Below are positions 24,026-36,185 of a stretch of DNA of 64,000 nucleotides, in pieces. The notes under the pieces are model-generated. The model was not told the origin of the DNA and did not search any database. It saw only the letters and a program-made list of their open reading frames with translations. The position numbers were made by a program, and so were the translations under genes. The stretch is from Hamiltosporidium tvaerminnensis FI-OER-3-3 (lineage: Eukaryota > Fungi > Microsporidia): the NCBI GenBank assembly GCA_022605425.2, contig CM061254.1:62001-126000 (forward strand), written 5' to 3'. Within the stretch, counting starts at the first letter, position 1. The number at the start of each line of letters is the position of its first letter.

Positions 24026-27000
24026 TTATTTAATAAAATTCTGGGTTAACAAATTTTTCTTTTTAAATAATTCTTTCCACCATTTCAACCACTTCTATCT
24101 CTTCCTCCAACTCCAACTCTTCATTTGTATTAGTTGTTGGTTCCTTTGCTGTGGTTATGCCATCCAAAATAAGGGGTAAAATATTTTTTGTATTTTCCGT
24201 TTTAACATCATCTTTCTCGTTGTCTACTTGCTTTAAAGGGGGTATTGGTTGTTTATGCATCTCAGCTCCTAAGATAACACTTAATGATGCTCTCTCCCAG
24301 CTCTCCTCGGCATTTGGACCAGACTCAAATCCTCTTCGTCGATCAAAAGAAATTGTTTCGACTGTCTTCTTGAGTACTATGGATTGTATATATGCCTCTA
24401 CATTCATGGGTATTTGCAGTCTCTTAACATACGTCTTATGGTATTTTGTCACAATACCGTCCCAGGTCATCACATAAGGAATTATCTCTACATTGCATTT
24501 ATAAATAAGACCTAACTCATTTGCTAATAGGTCATACTTCCTAAGCTTCTCTGTTTCAACTATTTGGAGAGAGTCTTGGGATGTGATTCCTACTTCAATG
24601 AGGGTTATCCTATTCTGTCTCTTGTCTAAAATAAATATATCTGGTCTGTTACACCGAATCTTGACATCAGTTTTTATTCTGGTGTCCACTCTTATCTCTG
24701 CATATTCGTTATCAAGAATTTCTTGAACTGAGTGGCTTCTAATTCGTTTCGAAGACTTAAACTTATATTTATTCAGCAAGAGTAAATGTATACATCGTAC
24801 CACTTCATTATGTCGTCTAGTATAGTCATGACCAAGCATTTTTTCACATCTCGTTGCTAAGTGATCAACAGTTTTCCTAGACTGGTTGCAGTGTTGACAC
24901 ATACCTTCTGCACCCCAGAATACATTTCTATCCTGGATATAACAGAACACTGCTTCATCACGTGGTCTTACACTTCCTTTCTTTAACCATCTTGAGGAGT
25001 CATTTACACTTACCAGCTCGTTATTTCTAGCGCTATATAACTTTGAATGTAGTTTTCGGTTTTTGATTTCGTTATATAGGTTAGCTAGTTGAGCTTCTTC
25101 CAATTTCTTTTTTGTGACTTCCTCTTCCAACCCGTATTTTATTTTTAAAAAGTTTTTAATTAGTGAAAGGTGGGTTTTATTATTATTCTCAACCTTTAGG
25201 ATTGCTGCTCTTCTGGTCGATGTATCTTTATGTTTTTCCAGACAATCCAAGAGTTGCAAAAGCATATGTTCGCTTTTGAACTCGACACTATGTAAACCTC
25301 TTCCAAGTTCTTTACGTGGAAGGTATAGACGTTCTTTGCATCCTGGGCGTAGATGTATTTTGTTCTTTACTAACACTGCACGCACCGCATCATCTAACTT
25401 AGAGAAGTCAGCCGGTTCAAGTCGGAGTACACCTATATGATAGTTTAGTAAAGAAATCGCATGTTGATTAATGGCTTGAAATAAATTTCTTGCATTTAAT
25501 CTCGTGCGACAAAGTCTTTCTACTCGTGCTATAAGTTTAGTCTGTACTTCCTCAAACGACTTACTTGTTGGAATTCCTCTGCTATCTTCTATAATTCCAA
25601 GGTATTTATAAACACCTATTCCTTCAAGAAGAGTAGCAGTATCTTCACAACATGGATCATTAGTGGCTGACTTCTCTTTGTTAATTTCCAATCCTATATT
25701 ATTCATAAACTTTTTAACCTCCTCTGCCATTTCTTCCAATGTTTGTCCATCTTCGGCAAGAAGCTTAAGATCATCAATAAACAAGAGATGATTAGTCGCG
25801 TGGGATTCTGCATCTGTCTTTATTGTCACTTTTGTGTATTTCTCATTAAGCTTTCGGCTCAATGGATCCATACACAACACAAACAATAATGGTGACAAAC
25901 TATCTCCTTGCAGAATCCCTCTATCAATCTTCTTGCTCATGATTTTTTCAGGCCCTACTGATATATCAATTTTCCATTTTGATATAATTACCTTAATAAA
26001 TTTCAGGATCCAATCAGGTAAATTAAGGTTTTCAATGCATTGAGTCAAATAAGCATGATCTATTGAATCATAAGCTTTTTTGACATCAATCCATGTTGCC
26101 TTAAGATTGTTTCCGTACTCTTTATTAATGGCAATATTCAATAGGGCCTGTTCTTTCGCTCCTTGCACTCCTCTTACTGCTCCCAACTGATTTTCTGAAA
26201 GTAATCCTCGTCTTTCCACCTCAATCTGTACCACTTTAGTAACACATTTTGTAGTTAGTTTATACAGATTTGACATACAGGTTATTGGCCTGTAATCAGA
26301 GCCAGTCTTTGGTGTACCTTTAGGTATCAGATAAGTAAGTCCACAATAATACCAATCGGCTTGAGGCGTTCCTTCTAAACATATGGCTTTCACAATATCG
26401 TAAAGATATTTATGAAGGCTCGTAAGTTTCTTGATGTAAAAGTTATAAATACCATCAATTCCAGCGGCTTTCTAGTTAGGCAGCCAATTGATGATATCTA
26501 TAAACTCTTCAAGTAAAGGAAACGTGGTCTGGTGCGTATCTGACACGAAAGGTATTAAATACTCATCATATGTAACTACTTTATCATTTTTATTCCACAT
26601 TGTAGACCAAAATTCTGAAATTTCGTCACGATAAACCACATGCTCGGATTCAACGCGCTCAGATAACCCTCGATAGAATCGACCTCGGAATAACTCAAAC
26701 ATACGATTCTCTTTTCGAAATTTTCTCCTACTATCATACATCGTAATTTTTTTCTCGTACACATTCAAAGCCTCATTCTTCTTAACCAAAGCCTCAGAGA
26801 GATCATTTATTTTGCTTAAGTCTAAATTAAACTCTCGCATAATTTTTCTGAGACTTTTCGTTTCCGAAGTAGAGAGCTTTTCCTGCTTGCGAGCCTTCTC
26901 GAGGAGATCTTTGGAAAGTACTAACTTAGAAATTTTACATTCTATGTTTTCCTTCCAAGCGGATCTAGGTTTCTCCTTACGTGTTTCCTCGTCATAACAT

Positions 27001-27817
27001 ACCTGGGCCGCCTGGATGATTCGAGCTGCATCACTAACATTCTTAGGCACGTGAGATTCAGCATATTCACCTGTGATCCGATTTATGAGTTCCAAAACTT
27101 TACTATCAACCAATTCACTTGGAAGTTTTCTAGTTCGGACCACTACATCTCCGATTTCCTTCTCCGAGAGTTCCTTGATTTTGCACAAGAACTTTTCTCT
27201 CAGGTTCATATAGAGTGTAGTGTCAGTTAAAGAACATGGCTCGGCGAGACAAGTGGCGATTCTACGTCGCTCTCCATTCTCTTCTTGCCTTATTTCTCTT
27301 TCTGCCTCATTATGTGTTAATTTTTTTAACACATCGATATCGACAGTTCGACCAAATTTCCTATTATAGTACCTAAGAATTGCAGACCAGCCATTTCTAG
27401 GCATTCTCTCAAACCTTTTTTGCACTGCTGAAATAGCAGATCTAGGCCATTCCTGCTCTACGGCTGTGACAGAGTCAAGTATTGAATGCAATACCATCAG
27501 TCGATTTACTTCTGGAATGACAGGGGCATTGAGGTTTTCCATTGTGTTGGCTGGTCTACGCGCAGACGAATCGGGACAGGAAGAAGGGAGTGCGGAATCG
27601 AGCAGGCTGATTGGAGTAGCCTGAAACGTATTGCTCGATGAGGAGTGGGTGTTATTATAGATGGTCGGTTGTGGTGGAAGCGTCTCGGATATAGTTACTA
27701 CATCCCTATCACACGTTTTTATCTCTTTAAAACTAATTTCCGAGTTGTTTACAGCATTTATTTCATCATTTTTTATATTTTCGCTGTCAACTTTTTTTCT
27801 TCTACCCATTAGAAATA
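24026..27817 (-). mobile_element. Non-LTR retrotransposon copy A (RT + REL endonuclease, R4/Dong-like), one premature stop
   Basis: Single frame 27809-24063 (1249 codons) broken only by TGG>TAG at 26472. RT motifs QGDSLSP and LFIDD, CQHC..HLATRC knuckle, RHN, RPD..D, IEVG, KLRKY. Confidence 0.92.
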
Positions 27818-27892
27818 TTTTATGAAATATTATAATAAAAATTCTATATGGAAAATTTTATGATATAAAAACGCATTTAAGAACAGATTGAA

Positions 27893-30800
27893 TTATTTAA
27901 TAAAATTCTGGGTTAAAATATTTTTTACCATTTTTATATGTTTTCTTCTACCTCTTTAACCACTATTGTCTCTTCTTCCAAATCCGACTCTTCATTTATG
28001 TTATTGGTCGGTTCCTCTAAAGTGGTTCCTCCTTGTGAAATAAGGGGTGTATTATTTTTTGGTTTAAAATTTTTGGCACCATCTTCCTCTGTTTTCGCTT
28101 CTTTTAAAGGGGGTATTGGTTTCTCATGCATCTCTGATCTCATAATAACACCCATTGACGCTCTTTCCCAGCTCTCTTCGGCATTTAGTCCTGACTCAAG
28201 TCCTGTTCGTCGATCAAAAGAAATTGTTTCGACTGTCTTCTTAAGTACTATAGACTGAATGTATGCCTCTACATTTGTGGGTATTTCTAGTCTTTTAAGA
28301 TGAGATTTATGGTATTTTGTCACAATACCGTCCCAGGTCATCACATAAGGGATTATCTCAACACTACACTTATAAATAAGACCCAACTCATTGGCTAGCA
28401 GGTCATACTTCCTAAGTTTTTCAGTTTCAACTATTTGAAGTGAATCTTGGGAAGAGATTCCTACTTCAATGAGTGTTATCTTATTCTTCTTCTTATCTAA
28501 AATAAATATGTCGGGTCTGTTATTCCGAATTTTAACATCAGTTTTTATTCTGGTGTCCACTCTTATCTCTGCGTACTCATTATCAAGAATTTCTTGAACT
28601 GAGTGACTCCTTATTCGTTTGGAAGACTTAAACTTATATCTATTTAGAAGAAGTAGGTGTAGGCATCTAACCACTTCATTATGCCGTCTAGTGTAATCAC
28701 GGCCTAGCATTTTTTAACATCTAGTTGCTAGATGATCTACAGTCTTACCAGACTTCCCACAATGTTGACACATACTATCTGCACCCCAGAATACATTTCT
28801 ATCCTGGATATAGCAGAACACAGCTTCATTTCGTGGCCTAATATTTCCTCTCTTTAGCCATCTTGAAGAGTCACTAACACTTACAAGCTCATTTTTTCTT
28901 GCATTATATAACTTTGAATGGAGTTTTCGTTTTTCTATTTCGTTATATAGTTTTGCAAGTTGAGCTTCTTCTAAACTTTTCTTAGTGACTTCTTCTACCA
29001 ACCTGTACTTTACTTTTAAGAAGCCTTTTATTAGTGCAAGATGGGTTTTATTATTATTCTCCACCTTGAGGATTGCTGCTCGTCTAGTTGATATTTCTTT
29101 ACTTTTTTCCAGACAATCCAAGAGTTGCAGAAGCATATGTTCGCTTCGCAACTCTACACTATGTAAGCCTCTTCCAAGTTCTGTTCTAGGAAGGTATAAA
29201 CGCTCTTTACATCCTGGGCGGAGATGTATCTTATTCTTCACCAACACCGCACGCACTGCATCATCTAACTTAGAGAAGTCAGCCGGTTCAAGTCGAAGTA
29301 CTCCTATGTGGTAGTTGATTAACGATATCGCATGTTGATTGATTGCAGAAAATAAATTTTTTGCATTTAATCTAGTGTGACAAAGTCTTTCAACTCTTGA
29401 TATAAGTTTGCTCTGTACTTCTTCAAATGAGCTACGTGTTGGGATTCCTCTGCTATCTTCTATTATTCCTTAATATTTGTAAACACTAACACCTTCTAGA
29501 AGAGTAGCAGTATCTTCACAACACGTATCATTTGTGGCTGACTTCTCTTTGTTAATCTCTAAGCCAATCACCTCTAAAAATTCCTTTGCCTCGCCTGTCA
29601 TAGCACTCAATGTGGAGCTGTCTTTTGCAAGGAGCTTAAGATCATCAATAAACAAGAGATGATTAGTAGAATGGGATTCTGCATCTGTTTGTACTGTCAC
29701 TTTTGTGTATTTTTCATTAAGCTTTCGGCTTAATGGATCCATACACAACACAAACAACAATGGTGACAAACTATCTCCTTGCAGAATCCCTCTATCAATC
29801 TTCTTGCTCATGATTTTTTCAGGCCCTACTGATATATCAATTTTCCATTTTGATATAATTACCTTAATAAATTTCAGGATCCAATCAGGTAAATTAAGGT
29901 TTTCAATGCATTGAGTTAAATAAGCATGATCTATTGAATCATAAGCTTTTTTAACATCAATCCATGTTTCCTTAAGATTATTTCCATACTCTTTATTTAA
30001 GGCAATATTCAGTAGAGCCTGCTCTTTCGCTCCCTGCACACCTCTTACCGCCCCTAATTGATTCTCTGCAAGCAACCCTCGCCTTTCCACTTCAAGTTGA
30101 ACGACTTTCGTTACACACTTTGTCGTTAACTTATAGAGGTTGGACATACAAGTGATTGGCCTGTAGTCAGAGCCTCTTCGTGGAATTCCTTTCGGTATCA
30201 AATACGTAAGCCCGCAGTAAAACCAATCAGCTTGAGGTGTTCCTTCTAAACATATAACTTTCACAATATCATAAATATATTTGTGAAGAGTTGTAAGTTT
30301 CTTAATGAAAAAATTGTAAATACCATCAATTCCAGCAGCTTTCCAATTGGGAAGCCAATTAATGATATTTACAAATTCATCAAGTGAAGGAAACGTGGTC
30401 GGATGATTATCTGATACAAATGGAATCAAATAATCATCGTACGTGACTGTGTCATCATTTTTGTTCCACATTGTAGACCAAAAACTCACAATTTCATCAC
30501 GGCTAACCACATGCTCGGATTCTACACGCTCAGATAACCCACGATAAAATCGACCTCGGAAAAGCTCAAACATACGATTCTCTTTTCGGAATTGCTTCCT
30601 ACTTTCATGCATCGTAATTTTTTTCTCGTAAACATTCAAAGACTCATTCTTCTTAACTAAAGCCTCAGAAAGATCAGTTACACTGCTCAAGTTTAAATTA
30701 AACTCTCGCATGATTTTCTTAAGGCTCTTCGTTTCCGAAGTGGAGAGCTTTTCCTGCTTACGAGCCTTCTCGAGAAGATCTTTGGAAAGTACTAACTTAG

Positions 30801-31749
30801 AAATTTTACTTTCTATGTTTTCCTTCCAAGCGGATCTAGGCTTCTCTTTACGTGTTGCCTCGTCATAGCATACCTGCGCAGCTTGCATGATATACGCGGC
30901 TTCCGTAATTGACTCAGGTACATGAGCTCCTGCATATTCACCGACTACTCGATTAATGAGATCCAGAACTTTACTATCAACCAGTTCATTTGGATGTTTT
31001 CTAGTTCGGACCACCACTTTTCCAATTTCCTTCTCCGAGATTTCTTTGATTTTACTCAAGAATTTATCTCTCAGGTTTATGTACTCCGTGGTGTCGTTCA
31101 AGGTGCATGTATCAGCGAGACAAGTGGCGATTCTACGTCGCTCTCCATTCTCTTCTGATTTTACATCCTTTCCCATCTCACTTTGTGCCAATTTTTTTAA
31201 CACTTCGAGAGTTTCAGTGCAGCCGAATTTCTCATTATAGTACCTGTGAAGCTCTGTCCAGCCATTTCTTGGCATTCTTTCAAACCTTGTCTGTACTGCA
31301 AAAAAAACAATTCGAGGCCATTCCTTCGGGTCGGCTGTTACGGAATCGAATATAGTCCGCAATGCCATTAGCCTGTTACCTTCCGGAATAGCTAGAGTAC
31401 AGGGGCTTGTCATGTCGTACGATGGCTCGCACGCAGAGACTTCAACCGAAGAGGGAACTGGTGCATTAGGCGAAGGTAAGGTGTCAAGCCCACTATTTTG
31501 CATTTTACTGCATGTTTGGCTTGGTGGTGGAGGTGTTATTGTTGTGTAGGAGGAGGAAGGTAGGGGAATCGCCGGTGGGTGTAGCTTACATTTTTGTACC
31601 TCACTATCACTCTTCTTCACCTCATCAGCGTCGTTCGCAGCCTTTGTTTTGGTATTATTCGATATTTCGCTGCTAACATTTTTCTTTCTACCCATTCCAA
31701 GTAAATTCATACAAATATGTATTTTTAAAAAGCTAAATCTTATTAACAC
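27893..31749 (-). mobile_element. Non-LTR retrotransposon copy B, head-to-tail with A, two in-frame stops
   Basis: ORFs 29470-31749, 28714-29256 and 27934-28710 share one frame, with TAA at 29470 and 28714. The likely true start is MGRKK at 31695 (cf. MGRRKK in A). Confidence 0.92.
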
Positions 31750-32229
31750 ATTTGATATAATTTCTAAAATGTATTTAGCAGATAGTTTTTAAAATGCATA
31801 TTTAAATATAGAATAAGTATTATAAAAAGAAGAATACTGAAAAAAACTAAAAGTGAAGAAATAAATATAAAAAAAATATAAATAAAATTTGGTTAAAACT
31901 TCTTTATGACTTTTATAAATTTCTTTTCATCTTGATATAATTAAAAGTAATTTTATATCTTTTATTTTATTTTTTTTTATTTTTTTTTATTTTATTTTGT
32001 TGGTATTATAGAGATTTTATATATTTCCAAGAAAAATTGATTCCTTTCCTAAAAAAAAGCTTAAATATCAATATTTTTTTGGAAACCAATAGATTTTTAG
32101 ATGAGAAGATCAGTAGATATAATCTTTGAGAAAAAAAAAATTAAATAATCAAAGAAAGGGGGGTGTTAGTATAGATATGAAAACCTTTTATAGAATATTT
32201 TTATAATGAGGGGTGTTATGTCATGTCAG

Positions 32230-32730
32230 ATTGAATAACACCTCTTACCATAGTACACTATATAATAACACCCCTTTAACGCACTACACTAGATAATAAC
32301 ACCCTCTTCTTTACAATCCTTACATTAACACCCTTTAACACAGTAATTATAAAATAACACCCCTTTAACATACTACACTATATAATAACACCCTTTAACA
32401 TACTACACTATATAATAACACCCTCTTCTTTACAATCCTTTACATTAACACCCTTTAACACACTAAATTATTAAATAAACCTTTTAACATACTACACTAT
32501 ATAATAACACCCCTTAACACACTACACTATATAATAACACCCTCTTCTTTACAACCCTTTACATTAACACCCTTTAACACACATCACTATATAATAACAC
32601 CCTCTTCTTTACAACCCTTTACATTAACACCCTTTAACACAATAAATTATTAAATAACACCCCTTTAACATACTACACTATATAATAACACCCTTTAACA
32701 CACATCACTATACAATACCACCCTTTATGA
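32230..32730. repeat. TAACACCC-based degenerate satellite downstream of poly(A) polymerase
   Basis: Units of ~30 bp such as ctatataataacacccctttaacatactaca, with higher-order repeats. Confidence 0.9.
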
Positions 32731-32938
32731 TAAATCCAGTAATAAACCCTTTAGTTGATATAACTTTACAATTAAAAAAATAACCTTTTATTTACAGTTT
32801 AAATCATACATTAATTTTTATAATAGAAATATGTTTTAAATAATATTTTAAACATTAAAAATCTTCTTTTATTTTTAAAAATTTAAATTTCCTTCATTCT
32901 CACTAATTTTATAATTAAAACCCTTTTTATATTCAAAT

Positions 32939-35900
32939 TCATTTTTTAATTCTTTTATTTTCATTTAAATCTTTATTTATATTTCTTAACATATTAACAC
33001 CCTGTTGTTTATTAGTACTGGTAATAACAGGGTGTTGTTCATTATTACCCGTAGTAAGACCCTTTTGTTTATTAGTTCTGGTAATAACAGGGTGTTGTTC
33101 ATTATTACTCGTAGTAAGACCCTTTTGTTTATTACTACTGGTAATAACAGGGTGTTGTTCCATATCCCTATTACTAATACCCTGTTGTTCATTAGTACTG
33201 GTAATAACAGGGTGTTGTTCCATATCCTTATTACTAATACCCTGTTGTTCATTAGTACTGGTAATAACAGGGTGTTGTTCCATATCCTTATTACTAATAC
33301 CCTGTTGTTTATTAGTACTGGTAATAACACCCTTTTGTTTATTAGTACTAGTAGTAAGACCCTTTTGTTCATTAGTACTGGTAATAACAGGGTGTTGTTC
33401 CATATCCCTATTACTAACACCCTGTTGTTCATTAGTACTGTTACTAACAGGGTGTTGTTCCATATCCCTATTACTAACACCTTGTTGTTCCTTAGTACTG
33501 GTAATAACAGGGTGTTGTTCCATATCCCTATTACTAATACCCTGTTGTTCATTAGTACTGTTACTAACACCCTCATCTATACCTCTACTGATATTAACAC
33601 CCCCTACATCCCTACCTCTGTTACTAACACCCCCTTCACTACCCTTACTGTTACTAACACCCCTCTCTTTAGTATAAGCCCTCATAAAAACACCAACCTC
33701 ACTTCTCTTAACAACCTTAACACTAACACCCCCATCCCCACATTCTTTACCATTTTCTTTTAAATACTCAATAAATTCTTTAACCTGTTTATCTACAAAT
33801 ATTCTTTTCCCAGGAACTCTAAACTCATTTAATTGTAACCCTATAAAGAATACAGACACATCTTCATTAACACTACTTACAAATAAAGGATAATCCTTTC
33901 TACAACTACACTCCAACCCACAAATATTTTTATTAAAAAGTTTTTCAAAATTTTTATTTAATTTATTATTACTGTTACTAAGAGGGTGTAAGTTATTAGA
34001 TAGATTGTTACTAAGATCCTGTTGTTTATTATTACTATTGTTAAGAGGGTGTAAGTTGTTAGTACTGTTATTAAGACCCTGTTGTTTACTACTATTGTTA
34101 TTAAGACCCTGTTGTTTATTAGTACTGTTATTAAGACCCTGTTGTTTACTACTACTATTATTAAGACCCTGTTGTTTATTAGATAGATTACTAAGACCCT
34201 GTTGTTTATTACTACTATTATTAACACCCTCTAATTTACCTATACTGTTATTAACACCCTCTAATTTACCTCTACTATCCCTAACACCCCCTTCACTACC
34301 CTCACCCTTTACACCCCCTTCACTACCCTCACCCTTTACACCCTCTATATTCTTTACATTCTCTACCTTATTACACCACTTAACCCTAAACACCTTAGGA
34401 TATGGAATAACACCCCCAAACTCTTCTAACACCTCCATACGTTGACACAACACTCTAATCTTACTTTCTACATAACCTTCCCATACTTCAATATCCATAG
34501 AATTACATATAACAGTCATATAAAATCTATAACGTGTAAAAAAATCAGAAGGAGCAAACAACTTAGACCATAGTGTTACTTCATCTTTATTTAAAGGGTG
34601 TTGTTTATTATTATTGGTATTAACAGGACGTAAGGTATTATTACTTATATTTAAAGGGTGTAAGGTATTAGTACCTATATTAAGACCCGGTACACCACAA
34701 GTACCTATATTAACACCCCCTCCTTTATCACTAACACCCCATGCCATACTCTTATCACTAACACCCCCTCCTTTATCACCCCCTAAAATCTCACTAACAC
34801 CCCCTCCTTTATCACCCCCTCCTATCTCACTATCACCCCCTCCTATCTCACTATCACCCCCTCCTATCTCACTAACACCCCTTACATACTCATCTATTAT
34901 ATTACTTGCTTTCTTCATTTCCTCTACAATAACACCCAACGTACTACTACTTACATTATGCGTAGAACACATATAAGGATAAGCAGGTGTAATAACAGGC
35001 ATCTTATGAAACCTATCACCCGGACAACTCTTAGGATCCCATACCTTAAGATTTAACCCACATTCCTCATACTCCCTTATAATAACAGGTACAGGCCATT
35101 TCCATTCACTAAAAATTTTAAAAAATTTTTTTAATAAATAAAAAGCATTTCCATTCGGATAAAGTAAACATATTTTAGCAACACATATTGCATAACTAAC
35201 ACCCCCCATATACCCATATACATTACCATATAACCCTTTACGTTTAGCCCATAATTTAACACCCTTTAAACATACTCTAAAATTCTCTTTATTATTAACA
35301 CCCTCTAATATTATATCAGTTACTCTACTACCATTAACACTTAATATACATTTCTCATCCATACCCTTTAAAATATTATTATTTAGTAAACATAACCCTT
35401 TATCTATAAACATAGTATTTAACCTACAAAATACTAAATCTATATTTATATTAGAAATACGTAATTTTATAAGAGGAACATAAGCATGTTCAACAACAGC
35501 AATAACAAGGATATTATTATTATTTGTATTTATTTCTTTATTATTATTTGTATTATTTATTTCTTTATTTGTATTTATATTAGTATTTGTATTATGTGTA
35601 TTTATATTAGTATTTATTTCTTTATTTGTATTACTACTACTAATATAATCTTTACCCTTACTACTACTAATATTATTATTATTATTACTATTTATATTAC
35701 CCTCACTACTAATATTATTATTACCCTTACTACTATCTAATTCCTTATAATCTCTACTACTACTAATATTATTATCTAATTCCTTATAATCTCTACTACT
35801 AATATTACCGTTACATCTTAGATAATCTACAAATGTGGTAAAGAAATCAGTTCTTGTAATAAATCGAGGAAACAATACTAAAGTATCTATATCAGAATAT

Positions 35901-36172
35901 TGTGAATTAACACCTAATCTATAAGATCCAAATGTATAAATAAGTGATGTGTAATTTCTAGGGGGGAGATTTTTTTGGGTGGCTATGTGTTTAGTGTATT
36001 TGAGAGTTAAAATGTGTAAAAGTGAAAGTACTTTTTCGTGGGTGTGTTGTAGGTGTGGGGGTTTTGTGTAGTAGGTGGTGTTTAGGTGGTGGGAGAGTGA
36101 TTTTGATAGTTTTATGTCGAGAGGTGATGGTTTTTTAAGGGAGAGGGGTGTTGTTGGTGTGTTGTGTTGCAT
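32939..36172 (-). CDS. PAP1: Poly(A) polymerase with large in-frame repeat insertions
   Basis: FGSYRLGV..SDIDTL, VPLIKL..NIDL, SVNGSRV, KLWAKRKGLYGNVYGYMGGVSYA, WKWPVPV, MPVITPAYPYMCSTHNV and GYVESKIR, in one 1077-aa uninterrupted frame. Confidence 0.95.
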   Translation of the reverse strand: MQHNTPTTPLSLKKPSPLDIKLSKSLSHHLNTTYYTKPPHLQHTHEKVLSLLHILTLKYTKHIATQKNLPPRNYTSLIYTFGSYRLGVNSQYSDIDTLVLFPRFITRTDFFTTFVDYLRCNGNISSRDYKELDNNISSSRDYKELDSSKGNNNISSEGNINSNNNNNISSSKGKDYISSSNTNKEINTNINTHNTNTNINTNKEINNTNNNKEINTNNNNILVIAVVEHAYVPLIKLRISNINIDLVFCRLNTMFIDKGLCLLNNNILKGMDEKCILSVNGSRVTDIILEGVNNKENFRVCLKGVKLWAKRKGLYGNVYGYMGGVSYAICVAKICLLYPNGNAFYLLKKFFKIFSEWKWPVPVIIREYEECGLNLKVWDPKSCPGDRFHKMPVITPAYPYMCSTHNVSSSTLGVIVEEMKKASNIIDEYVRGVSEIGGGDSEIGGGDSEIGGGDKGGGVSEILGGDKGGGVSDKSMAWGVSDKGGGVNIGTCGVPGLNIGTNTLHPLNISNNTLRPVNTNNNKQHPLNKDEVTLWSKLFAPSDFFTRYRFYMTVICNSMDIEVWEGYVESKIRVLCQRMEVLEEFGGVIPYPKVFRVKWCNKVENVKNIEGVKGEGSEGGVKGEGSEGGVRDSRGKLEGVNNSIGKLEGVNNSSNKQQGLSNLSNKQQGLNNSSSKQQGLNNSTNKQQGLNNNSSKQQGLNNSTNNLHPLNNSNNKQQDLSNNLSNNLHPLSNSNNKLNKNFEKLFNKNICGLECSCRKDYPLFVSSVNEDVSVFFIGLQLNEFRVPGKRIFVDKQVKEFIEYLKENGKECGDGGVSVKVVKRSEVGVFMRAYTKERGVSNSKGSEGGVSNRGRDVGGVNISRGIDEGVSNSTNEQQGISNRDMEQHPVITSTKEQQGVSNRDMEQHPVSNSTNEQQGVSNRDMEQHPVITSTNEQKGLTTSTNKQKGVITSTNKQQGISNKDMEQHPVITSTNEQQGISNKDMEQHPVITSTNEQQGISNRDMEQHPVITSSNKQKGLTTSNNEQHPVITRTNKQKGLTTGNNEQHPVITSTNKQQGVNMLRNINKDLNENKRIKK

Positions 36173-36185
36173 GTGAGGGGTATAA
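36173..36185 (-). promoter_or_regulatory. Microsporidian CCC-like motif upstream of the start codon
   Basis: The sense strand reads tatacccctcacATG. Similar CCC/GGG motifs precede the ATGs at 1823, 14448, 37608, 44525 and 58672. Confidence 0.55.

Noticed and set aside
32986-35740. Alternative-frame and antisense ORFs within PAP (32986, 33005, 33958, 34005, 34614, 35486)
   Set aside because: By-products of stop-poor tandem repeats whose unit lengths are multiples of three.
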